A stretch of 64,000 nucleotides of DNA from Leptonemataceae bacterium (lineage in GTDB: Bacteria > Spirochaetota > Leptospiria > Leptospirales > Leptonemataceae). This document shows positions 41,681-52,215 of the stretch, piece after piece (within the stretch, counting starts at the first letter, position 1; every line of letters begins with the position of its first letter). The DNA lies in contig OZ245742.1 in the NCBI GenBank assembly GCA_965227295.1, positions 4,352,001-4,416,000 of the forward strand, written 5' to 3'. Made by a program: the position numbers and the translations under genes. The notes beneath the pieces were generated by a model. That model had not been told where the DNA came from. It made no database searches and was given only the letters and a program-made list of their open reading frames with translations.

Positions 41681-42637
41681 TCACCGCCCCCGCTTTAACA
41701 CAAAGTCCGGTAGTTCACGGAAGGCAGTTTGCAACTCCCGATCCGCCGGCGCGCCGTCTTTGCCAAGCTGTTCCGCCAGTTGCACAACATCCCCGCGCAG
41801 TTTCTCGGCCACCTGTGCGGCGACTTCGGCACCGAACACGGACGGATACGTGAGCTTGCCCCGGCCGGCGTCCTTGCCCGCGGCCTTGCCCATCACGGCG
41901 GCGTCCCCGTGCACGTCCAGCAGATCGTCCGAAATCTGAAACAACAAGCCGAGCTTCGCACCGTACTCTTCCCAGCGGGCGCAGGTCGTAGAATCCGCTG
42001 CAACGCCGGAAAGAATGACGCCCAGCTCGATGCTCGCGCGGATCAACGCGGCGGTTTTGTTTGTATGAATGCGACTCAGCAACTCCGCGTCGTCCGCGAT
42101 GCCCTGTACGCTGCCGGTTTTTTCCCGCGCGAGGTCTAACGCCTGGCCGTCCACCATGCGCGCGGCGCCGTCGGAGAGCGCCGACAGCAGACGCCCGGTG
42201 ACGGCAGGATCTTCGGCTTCGGCGCCGGCCAATCCCACTAACTCAAACGCAAATGAATTTAAGGCGTCGCCGGCCAGGATGGCGGCCCATTCGGAAAACT
42301 GCTTGTGGCACGCGGGCCGACCGCGACGCAGGTCGTCGTCGTCCATGGCGGGCAGATCGTCGTGAATCAGCGAGTAGGTGTGAATCGCCTCGACGGCGGC
42401 GGCGGCGAAGAAGGCCGCGCGGGTGTGGGTCGGTGAGGCCGGCGGCAGAACAATGCCGGCGGCCCAGAGGCAGAGCGCCGGACGCAGACGTTTGCCCGGC
42501 GCGTCGTAGCTATAAATGACGGGATCGGCGACTTCCGCGACCGAACGCTCCCGAATGTACGGGAAGACGTCGGAGCGGAGGAAGTCGTTGAATGCTTCGG
42601 CGTAACGAGCGAGGAACCGCTCCGGGCCGCCGGTCAT
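41681..42637 (-). CDS. ispA: Polyprenyl (farnesyl) diphosphate synthase
   Basis: 'GKRLRP', '[15 protein letters not shown]', 'FQISDDLLD'; ATGA overlap with ndk. Confidence 0.92.
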   Translation of the reverse strand: MTGGPERFLARYAEAFNDFLRSDVFPYIRERSVAEVADPVIYSYDAPGKRLRPALCLWAAGIVLPPASPTHTRAAFFAAAAVEAIHTYSLIHDDLPAMDDDDLRRGRPACHKQFSEWAAILAGDALNSFAFELVGLAGAEAEDPAVTGRLLSALSDGAARMVDGQALDLAREKTGSVQGIADDAELLSRIHTNKTAALIRASIELGVILSGVAADSTTCARWEEYGAKLGLLFQISDDLLDVHGDAAVMGKAAGKDAGRGKLTYPSVFGAEVAAQVAEKLRGDVVQLAEQLGKDGAPADRELQTAFRELPDFVLKRGR

Positions 42638-43050
42638 CCCGTCAGTTCCGAATCCTGGAAGTGGAACTTGATTTCCCGCGCGGCGCTCTCGTCGGAGTCC
42701 GAGCCGTGCACGGCGTTCGCTTCTTTGCTTTCCGCGTAGAGCTTGCGGATGGTGCCTTCGGCGGCCTGGGCGGGATCGGTGGCGCCGATCATGTCGCGCC
42801 ATTTTTTCACGGCGCCGGGGGCCGCGAGGGCCGCGACGACCACGGGACCGCCGGTCATGTAATTGCAGAGGTCGTCGTAGAACGGACGTTCGGCGTGCTC
42901 TTTGTAGAATTCCTGCGCTTCTTGTTTCGTGAGTTGTTTGTACTTCATGCCGAGGATCGTGAAGCCTTCTTCCTCGATGCGCGTGATGATGTGACCGACG
43001 TGCTTGTTCTTCACCGCGTCGGGCTTGATGATGATCAGGGTTTTTTCCAT
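42634..43050 (-). CDS. ndk: Nucleoside diphosphate kinase
   Basis: 'IIKPDAV', 'GATDP', 'NAVHGSDS'. Confidence 0.98.
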   Translation of the reverse strand: MEKTLIIIKPDAVKNKHVGHIITRIEEEGFTILGMKYKQLTKQEAQEFYKEHAERPFYDDLCNYMTGGPVVVAALAAPGAVKKWRDMIGATDPAQAAEGTIRKLYAESKEANAVHGSDSDESAAREIKFHFQDSELTG

Positions 43051-43180
43051 ACTAACGCGGCAGAGAATCGGCGCAGCGTACTGAGTCAACGGAAAAGCGC
43101 AGAGAAACGAGACTCTTTCGCGCTACGCGCTCCGGAATTGCGCCTGACGGCGCACCCTCCGTGTCCCTCACGCGAAGAGC

Positions 43181-43690
43181 TCAATAGCCGAGCAATCGCA
43201 ACAGGCCGCGCGCGCCCTGCCAGTCGAGACGTCGTTCCATCAGCACGATCGCGAGCGGTGACTGCGGGTCCACGCTGATCCACACGATCCGCACAATCGC
43301 GAACACAATCAGCGCCACGGCCAGCACGCCCATGGCAAACGCCGTGTGATGTTTGTAACGTTCGAACAGACGCCCCGGCGCGCGCCACACGGCGGTGAGC
43401 GTGAAGAACACGGCTCCGAGCGCGCCGAAGAATCCGAGCGGATGGTACATCAACGCATGCCCCGGCTGCAAATGCACGAAGCTGTGCAACGAACGGCTGA
43501 GGCCGCAGCCGGGACACGGGAGGCCCGTCATGTTGTAAAAGACACAGATGGAAACGTCGACTGCGCCGAGCGGCAAAAGCAGCGCAACGCCGAGAGCGAT
43601 GATCGACAGCCACTGCCAGGTCCGCAGTTCCCGCGACGTATCGTCCGCGAAGAGAGGGAGCCCGCGGAGTCGATCAAGGAAGTCCGGCAT
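43181..43690 (-). CDS. DUF2752-like membrane protein
   Basis: 'C.F...TGLPCPGCGLSRS...HPLG'. Confidence 0.85.
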   Translation of the reverse strand: MPDFLDRLRGLPLFADDTSRELRTWQWLSIIALGVALLLPLGAVDVSICVFYNMTGLPCPGCGLSRSLHSFVHLQPGHALMYHPLGFFGALGAVFFTLTAVWRAPGRLFERYKHHTAFAMGVLAVALIVFAIVRIVWISVDPQSPLAIVLMERRLDWQGARGLLRLLGY

Positions 43691-43714
43691 ATGCTAACAT
43701 GCGCCCGGCACGCC

Positions 43715-44224
43715 TTAGAAGTTACGATAGCGTTCGCGCAGTTCTTTGTACTTCTTCGGAATGTTCAGGATCATCTCTTCTTCGGCCTCGCTGATCTCGC
43801 GCACGACCTTCGCCGGTGAACCCATGGCCACCATGCGCGGCGGGATCTCTTTGCCCGGCGGGAGCAGACTGCCGGCGGCCAGGAACGACATTTCGCCGAG
43901 CTTGCAGTCGTCGAGGATCGTCGCGCCGATGCCGACGAAGGCGTAGTCGCTTAATGTACAGCCGTGTACGGTTACGCGATGGCCCAGCGTACAATTGTTG
44001 CCGATCTTCAGCGGAAACTTGCCGCCGGTGACGTGCAGCATGGACATGTCCTGGACGTTCGTGTTCTCACCGATCTCGATCCAGTGCACGTCGCCGCGCA
44101 CCACGCAACCGAACCACACGCCGCTGCCGGCCCCGATCTTTACGTTGCCGATGACCTGCGCGTCCGGGGCCACCCAGACGTCCGGGGCCAGGTCGGGTTT
44201 CAGTTCGCCGAGTTCGTGGATCAT
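43715..44224 (-). CDS. Gamma carbonic anhydrase family (YrdA-like)
   Basis: Hexapeptide repeats, 'RGD', 'NVQD', 'GH..TVHGC'. Confidence 0.92.
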   Translation of the reverse strand: MIHELGELKPDLAPDVWVAPDAQVIGNVKIGAGSGVWFGCVVRGDVHWIEIGENTNVQDMSMLHVTGGKFPLKIGNNCTLGHRVTVHGCTLSDYAFVGIGATILDDCKLGEMSFLAAGSLLPPGKEIPPRMVAMGSPAKVVREISEAEEEMILNIPKKYKELRERYRNF

Positions 44225-44240
44225 ACCGCCAGTGTACTGC

Positions 44241-45341
44241 CTAAACGTTGAATCGAAAATACATGATGTCGCCGTCCTGCACGATGTACTCTTTGCCTTC
44301 GAGGCGCATCTTGCCGGCGTCTTTGGCCGCGTTCATGGAACCCGCGGCGAGAAAATCTTCGTACGACGTAACCTCCGCGCGAATGAAACCACGCTCAATG
44401 TCCGTGTGAATCTCCGACGCGGCTCGCGGTGCCGGCGTGCCGCGCCGCACGGTCCAGGCCCGGGCTTCCTGTTCGCCGGCCGTAAAAAACGTAATGAGGT
44501 CGAGCAAATTGTAGGACTCGCGGATCATGCGATTGAGTCCCGGTTCGGCGAGACCGATCGTTTCGAGGTACTCGATCTGTTCGGCCTCGTCCAGCGTGGC
44601 GATCTCTTCTTCAATGCGTCCGCAGATGCGTACGACGGGCACTCCGCCCTCGACATCGTTCGCGTACTGCTCGACTTCTTTCGTGAGATCGTTGCCGCCT
44701 TCGACGGCGTCCTCGTCGACGTTCGTGACGTAGAGCATGGGCCGCGCCGTGACGAGTTGAAAGCGATGCGTAATCGCGCGCTCTTCATCGTCCAGGTCCA
44801 GGCCGCGAATGGGTTTCTCGTCTTCCAGGCGGGCCTTCAGTTTCTCGCCGACCTCGACCTGTTGCTTCGACTCTTTGTCCCCGGAGCGCGCTTTTTTCAC
44901 GAGCTTTTCCAGCTGACGTTCGAGGGAATCCATGTCCGCCAGGATCAGTTCCAGGTTGATGATGCCGATGTCATCGAGCGGCGAGACCTTGCCGCGCACA
45001 TGCACGACGTTTTCATCTTCGAAGCAACGGACCACGTGCGCCACGGCCTGGGTCTCGCGAATGTGTGAGAGGAACTGATTGCCCAGGCCCTCGCCCTTGC
45101 TCGCGCCCTCCACCAGGCCGGCGATGTCCACGAATTCCGTAAACGTCGGTACCGTGGCCTTCGGTTTGACGATCGCGGAGATCTTATCCAACCGTTCGTC
45201 CGGTACATCCACGCGCCCGACGTTCGGTTCAATGGTGCAAAACGGATAGTTCGCCGACTGCGCGCCGGCCTTCGTGATCGCGTTGAAGATGGTGGACTTG
45301 CCGACGTTGGGCAGACCCACGATACCACATCTCAGTGCCAT
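44241..45341 (-). CDS. ychF: Ribosome-binding ATPase YchF
   Basis: 'GLPNVGKST', 'NYPFCTIEPN', 'GEGLGNQFL', 'EGKEYIVQDGD'. Confidence 0.98.
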   Translation of the reverse strand: MALRCGIVGLPNVGKSTIFNAITKAGAQSANYPFCTIEPNVGRVDVPDERLDKISAIVKPKATVPTFTEFVDIAGLVEGASKGEGLGNQFLSHIRETQAVAHVVRCFEDENVVHVRGKVSPLDDIGIINLELILADMDSLERQLEKLVKKARSGDKESKQQVEVGEKLKARLEDEKPIRGLDLDDEERAITHRFQLVTARPMLYVTNVDEDAVEGGNDLTKEVEQYANDVEGGVPVVRICGRIEEEIATLDEAEQIEYLETIGLAEPGLNRMIRESYNLLDLITFFTAGEQEARAWTVRRGTPAPRAASEIHTDIERGFIRAEVTSYEDFLAAGSMNAAKDAGKMRLEGKEYIVQDGDIMYFRFNV

Positions 45342-45389
45342 CCTGCCGGGATTTCACGCCGGCCGGGGGCGAACAGCGAAATTTCGGCG

Positions 45390-45405
45390 TGTAGGAGTTC
45401 CTACA
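45390..45405. repeat. Palindrome copy TGTAGGAGTTCCTACA (= TGTAGGAACTCCTACA on the minus strand)
   Basis: Perfect 7-bp arms; 6 bp before repeat unit C. Confidence 0.8.
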
Positions 45406-45411
45406 ATGGAG

Positions 45412-45546
45412 CTCTTCGCGTCAGCGATACGGAGGGTCGCGCCGTAGGCGCGAGTCCGGAGCCGAAGGCGGAGGACCGAAGCGATAGCGGAGCCCGGAGT
45501 AGCGCGGTCCCGGCCGCCTGGGCCTGGCGGCCGGGAGACGCCCAAA
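45412..45546 (+). repeat. Structured repeat unit C (Flavo-1-like)
   Basis: CTCTTCGCGTCAGCGATACGGAGGG...GGAGCCCGGAGTAGCGCGGTC...GACGCCCAAA. Confidence 0.85.
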
Positions 45547-45575
45547 GAAAAATCATCTCACACTGGTTTTGATCC

Positions 45576-45702
45576 TTTTTTTGGCGTTCCCCTCGCTGCG
45601 CTCGGGTCGCGCTCCTCCGGGCTCCGCTTCGCTGCGGTCTCAGCCGCTTCGCGTCTGAGACTGGCGCTTCGCGCCACCCTGCGGATCGCTAACGCGGAAG
45701 AG
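45576..45702 (-). repeat. Structured repeat unit D (Flavo-1-like), convergent with unit C
   Basis: Reverse complement reads CTCTTCCGCGTTAGCGATCCGCAGGG...GGAGCCCGGAGGAGCGCGACCCG...GGGGAACGCCAAAA. Confidence 0.85.
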
Positions 45703-45760
45703 TTTTGCATCCCGGGTTCTGCTTGACTCATCCCGTTGCGGTCCCGATATCTATTTATAG

Positions 45761-46723
45761 ATGAAAGTGAAATTCTGGGGAGTCCGGGGTTCCATCGGAA
45801 CGCCGATCAAAGGCGCGGCCGTGCGGGACAAGGTCCGCAAGATTTTGACGTACGCCTCCCCCGGCGACGTCCTCGATGAACCGGCCGTGGACCGTTTCCT
45901 CGATTCGCTGCCGTTCTCGCTTCTGCATACCTACGGCGGAAACACGACCTGCCTGGAACTGCGCTCGAAGGACGACGGCATCATCATCGTCGACGCCGGC
46001 ACCGGCCTGCGGGAACTCGGGAACAAGCTGCTCACGAACGACGGCTTCCTCCAGGGCCGCGGCGAATGCCACATGCTCTTCACCCACTCGCACTGGGACC
46101 ACATCCAGGGCCTGCCCTTCTTCGGCCCCATCTACATCCCGGGAAACAAGTTCCACATTCACGCGATCTCCGAAGAAATGGAGGACCGGCTCCGTTACCA
46201 ACAGGACAGCGAACGCCACTTCCCGGTACCCTTTGACGGCCTGCTTTCTTCCAAAGAGTTCATCCAACATGAAGAGAAAGACAACTGGTCCATCGGTGGC
46301 GTCAAAATTCGTCAGAAGGCCCTGAAACACCCCGGCACATCGTACTCGTACCGCTTCGAAGAGGACGGCAAGGTCCTGATCTTCGGCACCGACGCGGAGT
46401 TCAAACTGGACGACATGGATACCATCGATGAGTACCTCGAGTACTTTCGCGACGCGGATGTACTGATCTTCGATACGCAGTACACTTTCGAAGAACAACT
46501 GCAGCGCATCGACTGGGGCCACTCTTCCGCTTCGATTGCGACGGACATCGCACTCAAAGCCCGCGTGAAGAAGCTCGTGCTCTTCCATCACGACCCCTCC
46601 TACGACGACGAAAAACTCGACGAGGTCTACCTGCGCGCCGTCCGCTACAAAGAGATGATGGACATGGGTGATACCAGCCTTGAGATCGTGATGGCCTACG
46701 AGGGCCTGGAAATCGAACTTTAA
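45761..46723 (+). CDS. Metallo-beta-lactamase-fold hydrolase
   Basis: 'WGVRGS', 'YGGNTTC', 'DAGTG', 'THSHWDH', 'WGHS', 'FHHDP'. Confidence 0.9.
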   Translation: MKVKFWGVRGSIGTPIKGAAVRDKVRKILTYASPGDVLDEPAVDRFLDSLPFSLLHTYGGNTTCLELRSKDDGIIIVDAGTGLRELGNKLLTNDGFLQGRGECHMLFTHSHWDHIQGLPFFGPIYIPGNKFHIHAISEEMEDRLRYQQDSERHFPVPFDGLLSSKEFIQHEEKDNWSIGGVKIRQKALKHPGTSYSYRFEEDGKVLIFGTDAEFKLDDMDTIDEYLEYFRDADVLIFDTQYTFEEQLQRIDWGHSSASIATDIALKARVKKLVLFHHDPSYDDEKLDEVYLRAVRYKEMMDMGDTSLEIVMAYEGLEIEL

Positions 46724-46915
46724 GAATCGAGGCCCGCAACCTGCCGGCTGTGGAGTTTTCCGTGTCTTTCGGGCGATATTAGTCCGAGATCGGACAAAAA
46801 CGCTTGCCTGGATTCCGAAAGAAAGGTATAAGCGGTACTTTTTGCAGTTTCAGCAACGTGGGCGCGTCCCCGCGTGCGTTCCTGAAAAAACTCAAACACA
46901 GAAGGTTTCTATAAT

Positions 46916-47521
46916 ATGGATGACAAACTGTCAATTGCGGACGTAATTCAGAACGGCATTCAGATCGCTCTGAAAAACTTTGTTCCGCTGCTCGTGAACG
47001 CCATTCTCGGCGGTCTCGCTATGATCGTTCCCTACTTGAACGTGGGCGTACTCATCGGCCTGATCACCCTGCCGGCAAAGATGGCAAAAGACGAACCGAT
47101 CGGCATGACCGAGGTCTTCGATCCCAAGTACCGCAAGTACATGGGTGAGTTCTTTCTGACCTATGCGTTCCTCTTCTTCGGAGTTCTCGTGGCTACACTC
47201 TTCATGGTAATCCCGGGCTATGTCCTCGGTATCGCCTGGAGCCTGGCGCTGCTCCTCGTCGTCGACAAAGGCTACGGATCCATCGACGCTCTCAAGAAGT
47301 CGAACGACCTCACCTACGGCCACAAGTGGACCATCTTCCTGTCCTACCTGGCCTTCGGCGTCGCCCTCGGCGTCGCCGTCGGTATCCTGCTGGCCCTGGG
47401 CCGCATCCCGTACATCGGCTGGATCTTCTACCTGGTGATCCTCGCCATCTACATCGGCGCCGGTCCGATCGTCATGGGCATCAACGCCTACATCTACAAA
47501 AAGCTCGCCATCAACGCGTAA
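46916..47521 (+). CDS. Hypothetical membrane protein
   Basis: Multiple TMs, strong codon bias, followed by a terminator. Confidence 0.8.
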   Translation: MDDKLSIADVIQNGIQIALKNFVPLLVNAILGGLAMIVPYLNVGVLIGLITLPAKMAKDEPIGMTEVFDPKYRKYMGEFFLTYAFLFFGVLVATLFMVIPGYVLGIAWSLALLLVVDKGYGSIDALKKSNDLTYGHKWTIFLSYLAFGVALGVAVGILLALGRIPYIGWIFYLVILAIYIGAGPIVMGINAYIYKKLAINA

Positions 47522-47542
47522 GCGAAGACGGACCTCAACACG

Positions 47543-47574
47543 AAAGCGGCCGCGCAACACCGGCCGCTTTTTTT
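47543..47574 (+). terminator. Intrinsic terminator
   Basis: AAAGCGGCCG...CGGCCGCTTT plus T-tract. Confidence 0.85.
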
Positions 47575-47600
47575 GTGTACGCTTGCCTGGAAGAAGGTCT

Positions 47601-47730
47601 ACTCCGAGGAACGAGGGACCGAGGTAAAGAATTAGAGTAAGAATTTATTTTTAGAAAGCGATCATGCGCTGATTGCGTTCAGGCTAAGACTACTCTCCTA
47701 TCTTCACCTCGGTCCCTCGGTCCTCGGAGT
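47601..47730. repeat. MITE/REP-like element with 30-bp terminal inverted repeats
   Basis: ACTCCGAGGAACGAGGGACCGAGGTAAAGA ... TCTTCACCTCGGTCCCTCGGTCCTCGGAGT (2 mismatches). Confidence 0.8.
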
Positions 47731-47789
47731 CCATCTTCCCACACGAAAAATGACTGGATCACTGCGCCGATTATTGCGCAGTTGCTCCC

Positions 47790-49283
47790 ATGGGAAAACC
47801 GTTCGTCATCGCCATCGACCAGGGAACCACGGGCTCGCGCGTGTTTTGTTTCGACGCCCAGGGCAAGGTCCTCTCCAGCGCCTACCGGGAATTCACTCAA
47901 CACTTTCCGAAACCCGGCTGGGTCGAGCACGATGCGAACGAAATCTGGAACGGCGTCCGCGACCTGTTAAAAGAGGCCATCGACAAAGGCCGCCTCAATG
48001 CCGCGGACGCGGCGGGCATCGGCATCACCAACCAGCGCGAGACCGCGGTCATCTGGGACCGGAAAACCGGCGAGCCCATCCACCATGCCATCGTCTGGCA
48101 GTGCCGGCGCACCGCGAAGCGCTGCAACGAACTCAAGTCGCAGGGCCACGAAGATCTCGTGCGCAAGAAAACCGGTCTCGTCATCGACGCCTACTTCTCC
48201 GGCACGAAGTTCGAATGGTTGCTGAACAACGTGGACGGCGCCCGTGCGCGCGCCGAGAACGGCGAGCTGGCCGCCGGCACCATCGACGCCTGGCTGCTTT
48301 TTAAACTTACCGGCAAACACGCCACCGACTACACCAACGCTTCGCGCACAATGCTCTACAACATCGAAACGAAGCAGTGGGACGACGAGCTGTGCAAAAT
48401 CGTCGGCGTTCCAAAGGGCATCTTACCGGAAGTTAAGGCGTCGCGCTCGCAGTTCGGCACGACACAGGGTGTCGGCACCATTCCCGACGGCACGCCGGTG
48501 CTGGCCCTCATCGGCGACCAGCAGGCCGCGCTGTTCGGCCAACTCCGCGTGAACCCGGGCGAGGCCAAGAACACCTACGGTACCGGTTGTTTCCTGTTGT
48601 TCAACACGGGTCCGCAGTTCCTGGTCAGCGGTTCGGGACTCATCACCACTCTCGCCTGCGATGCAAAGGGCCAGGTATGTTATTGTCTGGAAGGCGCGGT
48701 GTTCATCGGCGGTGCGGTCATCCAATGGCTCCGGGACTTCATGAAGTTTTTCGGCCAGGCCCCGGAGTCCGAAAAGCTCGTGCAAAATCTTTCCGACGAG
48801 CACGATGAGGTGGTCTTCGTTCCCGCCTTTGCCGGACTCGGTGCGCCCTACTGGGACCAGGACGCGCGCGGCGCCATCTTCGGCCTTACGCGCGATACGG
48901 ATCCGGCCCGCATCACCCGCGCCGCGCTTCAGAGCATCGCGTTGCAATCCTACGATCTTGTGCAGGCCATGGAAAAAGACACGGGCAAGAAGATGGATCT
49001 GCTCCGCGTCGACGGCGGCGCCACGGCCAACGAATATCTTCTACAATACCAGGCGGACATTCTCAACACGCCGGTGGAACGCCCGGCCAACGTCGATACG
49101 ACGGCGCTCGGCTCGGCATACCTGGCGGGACTCGAGGCCGGCGTCTGGGGCAGCGTGGACGATCTGCGCAAACTGCAGTCCGGCACATCCCGCTTCGAAC
49201 CGAAAATGGACGACGCCGGCCGCGACCACGAGATCCGCTACTGGCACAAGGCCGTGGCACGCGTAAAGAACTGGTCGGAGTAG
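47790..49283 (+). CDS. glpK: Glycerol kinase
   Basis: 'DQGTTGSR', 'TNQRET', 'GDQQAALFGQ', 'KNTYGTG', 'RVDGGA'. Confidence 0.98.
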   Translation: MGKPFVIAIDQGTTGSRVFCFDAQGKVLSSAYREFTQHFPKPGWVEHDANEIWNGVRDLLKEAIDKGRLNAADAAGIGITNQRETAVIWDRKTGEPIHHAIVWQCRRTAKRCNELKSQGHEDLVRKKTGLVIDAYFSGTKFEWLLNNVDGARARAENGELAAGTIDAWLLFKLTGKHATDYTNASRTMLYNIETKQWDDELCKIVGVPKGILPEVKASRSQFGTTQGVGTIPDGTPVLALIGDQQAALFGQLRVNPGEAKNTYGTGCFLLFNTGPQFLVSGSGLITTLACDAKGQVCYCLEGAVFIGGAVIQWLRDFMKFFGQAPESEKLVQNLSDEHDEVVFVPAFAGLGAPYWDQDARGAIFGLTRDTDPARITRAALQSIALQSYDLVQAMEKDTGKKMDLLRVDGGATANEYLLQYQADILNTPVERPANVDTTALGSAYLAGLEAGVWGSVDDLRKLQSGTSRFEPKMDDAGRDHEIRYWHKAVARVKNWSE

Positions 49284-49300
49284 ATTTGGAAGAAGATTTT

Positions 49301-49334
49301 CCTCTCGGTCCCTCGGTAACTCGGTCCTCGGAGT
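49301..49334 (-). repeat. Solo arm of the ACTCCGAGGACCGAG repeat family after glpK
   Basis: CCTCTCGGTCCCTCGGTAACTCGGTCCTCGGAGT. Confidence 0.7.
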
Positions 49335-49383
49335 AACAATTCTTTTCCTCGACACCTCCGAACACGATCGTTATCCTCAAACC

Positions 49384-49536
49384 ATGTCTTGCATCGTATC
49401 CAGTTCTCTTTTACCGGAGCTCACCCTCATCCTCGTCGCGGGCTTCGCGCTCTACTACGCCATGCGCGCGCTCACACCGCGGCCGCGCGTCGCTCCCGTT
49501 GTCTCGCGCCCTACTTCGCAGAATCGCGTTCGATGA
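49384..49536 (+). CDS. Candidate 50-aa small membrane protein (below the ORF-track cutoff)
   Basis: MSCIVSSSLLPELTLILVAGFALYYAMRALTPRPRVAPVVSRPTSQNRVR; one hydrophobic helix, GC3-rich codons in the core; no clear RBS. Confidence 0.3.
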   Translation: MSCIVSSSLLPELTLILVAGFALYYAMRALTPRPRVAPVVSRPTSQNRVR

Positions 49537-50032
49537 GTTCCTGTAGCTCGCCCGCGTTCTCCGCGTATTCAACCGACCCGACCTTGAACACCGGCAGGCC
49601 CTCCCCCGCGCCGGACTGCGCCGCCTGAATGCGCATGACCGTGATCTTGCCCTGGGCTCGTGGATACACCGCGCCCGGTCCTTCTTCCTCAATCAGTCGG
49701 ATGGTATAGCTGTAATCGCGCATGCGCGGTTTTGCGATCAGCGTGCTGATGATGCCCGGCATCCGATGAATGTCGGCTACGAATACGGCCCGGTGGCGAT
49801 TCAGATAATCGTCCCCCAGGGGCTCGAGCAGTTCGTGCAGGAACTCACTGGCATCCATGTCGGCGGCGAAGAGCAGCGTGCGCGTATCCGGAGGGATCGT
49901 CTGCGCGGTGCCGTGCTGATCCGTAAACTCCGGGGCCTCGAACGTGGAACCGGCCTTGAGGACGGGCGAGTTTGCAAGCAACGGCAACGTTAACATGGCC
50001 AGCGTCAATGTTAGTGTGAATAATCTTTGCAT
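49511..50032 (-). CDS. Exported hypothetical protein, possibly thioredoxin-like fold
   Basis: Signal peptide; 'DQHG', 'ADIHRMP...PRMRDYSY'; GAGGG RBS. Confidence 0.7.
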   Translation of the reverse strand: MQRLFTLTLTLAMLTLPLLANSPVLKAGSTFEAPEFTDQHGTAQTIPPDTRTLLFAADMDASEFLHELLEPLGDDYLNRHRAVFVADIHRMPGIISTLIAKPRMRDYSYTIRLIEEEGPGAVYPRAQGKITVMRIQAAQSGAGEGLPVFKVGSVEYAENAGELQELIERDSAK

Positions 50033-50081
50033 AATGGTTGTTCCCTCAAATATACGAACTTCTACTCCGGGGGGCCAGGAG

Positions 50082-51689
50082 TTAATCTTGCTCTTCATCC
50101 CCCGCACGCCGGATCGGCAGCGTCACTGTAAACGCGGTCCCCTTGCCGACCTCACTCTCCACCTCGATCTTACCCTGGTGTTTGTCAATGATGCCTTTCA
50201 CAATGCCCAGACCCAGGCCCGAGCCCTCGCCCTGGTCCTTCGTCGTAAAAAACGGATCCCAGATCTTCGACAGCACATCCTCCGGCATGCCGGGACCGTT
50301 GTCGGCCATGATCACCGCGACCGCCTCCGCATCCCGCAGTGTCGCCGGCTTCGTCGCGATCCTCAGCTCCGCCCCGCTTTGTCCTTTCATGGCCTGGAAC
50401 GCGTTCGTCAAGAGGTTCGTCCAGACCTGATTCATCTCGTCCGGATTGCAGACGACGTTGGGAATATCCGCGAAGTCGCGTTGAATATCCACGGCGTGTT
50501 TGTTCACGCTACCGAGAATGATCAGCGTGTTCTCAATGCCTTCGATTAAGTCCGCCTCGCTCATGCCGCCCTGGTCCAGGTGCGAGTAGGATTTCAGCGC
50601 CCGCACAATGCGCACGATGTTTCGAATGCCGTCGCGAATGTTGCGCAGATTGCGTGCCGTGTTGCCGGCTTCGCTGGCAAAGCGCAGGACGAACTTCGCG
50701 AGATCCTCACCGGACGCATCACCGACAGCGAGCATCTTGCGAAAGGATTGGACGATCTCGGATTCGGCAAAGCGCGCGGGGTCCGGTTCCGCATCGTCGG
50801 GGGCCGGATAAAAACCGTTCTCCACGAAGAAGGCGGCCACGTCCCGGGCGGCGGGGAAGCGGTTCTGCTCTAAATATTCACTGAGTTCACGTTTGCGCCG
50901 GAACGCGTCCCGCACCCGGGGCGGGTTTTCATCCAACAGACCGCCGCCGACATCTTCCAGGAAACGAAAGATCTGCGTCTCGGCCTCCGGGAATCGTTCC
51001 CGGGCCTCGCTTAAGTTCGAGAAAAAGAACTTCAGGTTCTTCGCCAGATTGTCCGCCCCGCCCTGAATCGCCGCGGAGGGCGTGTTGATTTCGTGGGCGA
51101 TGCCGGCCACCATCACACCGAGCATGGCCATCTTTTCCGATTGCACCAATTGCGACTGGGCGTTTTCCAGTTCCCGCGTTCGTTCTTTGACTTTCTCCTC
51201 TAAGTGTTCGAGGATGCCTTCCAGGCGCGCGTACAGGATCGAGTTCGACAGCGCCATCACCGCGAGCTGGCGAATCTCGCCGATGGTATTGCGCACTTCG
51301 GGGGAGTCCGGATCCACGCCGGTCTCACCCACGAAGATGATGCCCACCAACGACTGGTTCAACACCAGCGGGATGACGATGTCCGCGCGGGTATCGTCGA
51401 AGAAACGTTGCGCATCCTCGGCGATGGATTCGGGTACGTCCGGATGCGAGCGAAAGTAGACACGATCGTCCTCGGTGACGTGCAGCAAGAACGGATCGAA
51501 GACCATGAATCGCTCGATGACGTCCCGGCGCGGCGGCCAGATCTGAAACGAACCGACTTCCTCGGACCACAGATAGATGCCGGAATGGGCCGCATGCAGG
51601 GCTTCCGTCAAAAATCCCAGCACCAGGCGACAGACCTGATCCGTCGGCCGCAGGCGAATCAAGGCCCCTTTGAGTTCTTCAATGGTCAC
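50082..51689 (-). CDS. Cytoplasmic sensor histidine kinase (GAF-like, HisKA, HATPase)
   Basis: 'AGIAHEINTP', 'NQVWTNLLTNA', 'DNGPG', 'FFTTK', 'GSGLGL'. Confidence 0.93.
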   Translation of the reverse strand: MTIEELKGALIRLRPTDQVCRLVLGFLTEALHAAHSGIYLWSEEVGSFQIWPPRRDVIERFMVFDPFLLHVTEDDRVYFRSHPDVPESIAEDAQRFFDDTRADIVIPLVLNQSLVGIIFVGETGVDPDSPEVRNTIGEIRQLAVMALSNSILYARLEGILEHLEEKVKERTRELENAQSQLVQSEKMAMLGVMVAGIAHEINTPSAAIQGGADNLAKNLKFFFSNLSEARERFPEAETQIFRFLEDVGGGLLDENPPRVRDAFRRKRELSEYLEQNRFPAARDVAAFFVENGFYPAPDDAEPDPARFAESEIVQSFRKMLAVGDASGEDLAKFVLRFASEAGNTARNLRNIRDGIRNIVRIVRALKSYSHLDQGGMSEADLIEGIENTLIILGSVNKHAVDIQRDFADIPNVVCNPDEMNQVWTNLLTNAFQAMKGQSGAELRIATKPATLRDAEAVAVIMADNGPGMPEDVLSKIWDPFFTTKDQGEGSGLGLGIVKGIIDKHQGKIEVESEVGKGTAFTVTLPIRRAGDEEQD

Positions 51690-51737
51690 GCTTTTTCTGA
51701 TTTACAACCTTCGCCGCGCACGGCAACAAACAAACAT

Positions 51738-52187
51738 ATGATCAGACTCGGTCGCATCCTTCTGACGACGGGACTCCTGCTCCTTCTGAGCCAGGCCGCG
51801 GCCTGTGTCACCGAGCGCGTGCGGCCGGCCGTCATCATTACCGGCGACCGCGTGGTTCCGCCCCGGGAGTTTCTGGGCCGCTGGGGCAGCGCCGGCCACG
51901 GGGAGTTTCACTTTGAAGGTCCGCCGGTTCCGGCGGTGATCTATGTTTCCGCGGTGGTCGTCACTTCGTCGTCGAACGGCACCCGGGCGCGGAGTACCGG
52001 TTTCGACATCAAACGCATCGCTCAGTATCCGGACGGGCGCGTGACGTTCTTACTGCAACCCATGAACGGTGGCCCGGCGGAAGAACGCACTTTTCGATTG
52101 TACGAGCAGGACGGCGAAGAGTGGCTCGTCGAAGAATACAACGACGCGCAGCGGAAATTTTTTCGCCTGGAAGAATCGGCGCCGTAA
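51738..52187 (+). CDS. Hypothetical lipoprotein
   Basis: MIRLGRILLTTGLLLLLSQAAAC signal/lipobox-like N-terminus. Confidence 0.65.
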   Translation: MIRLGRILLTTGLLLLLSQAAACVTERVRPAVIITGDRVVPPREFLGRWGSAGHGEFHFEGPPVPAVIYVSAVVVTSSSNGTRARSTGFDIKRIAQYPDGRVTFLLQPMNGGPAEERTFRLYEQDGEEWLVEEYNDAQRKFFRLEESAP

Positions 52188-52215
52188 CATCTAACGACTG
52201 GCCCTTAGCCGCAGC

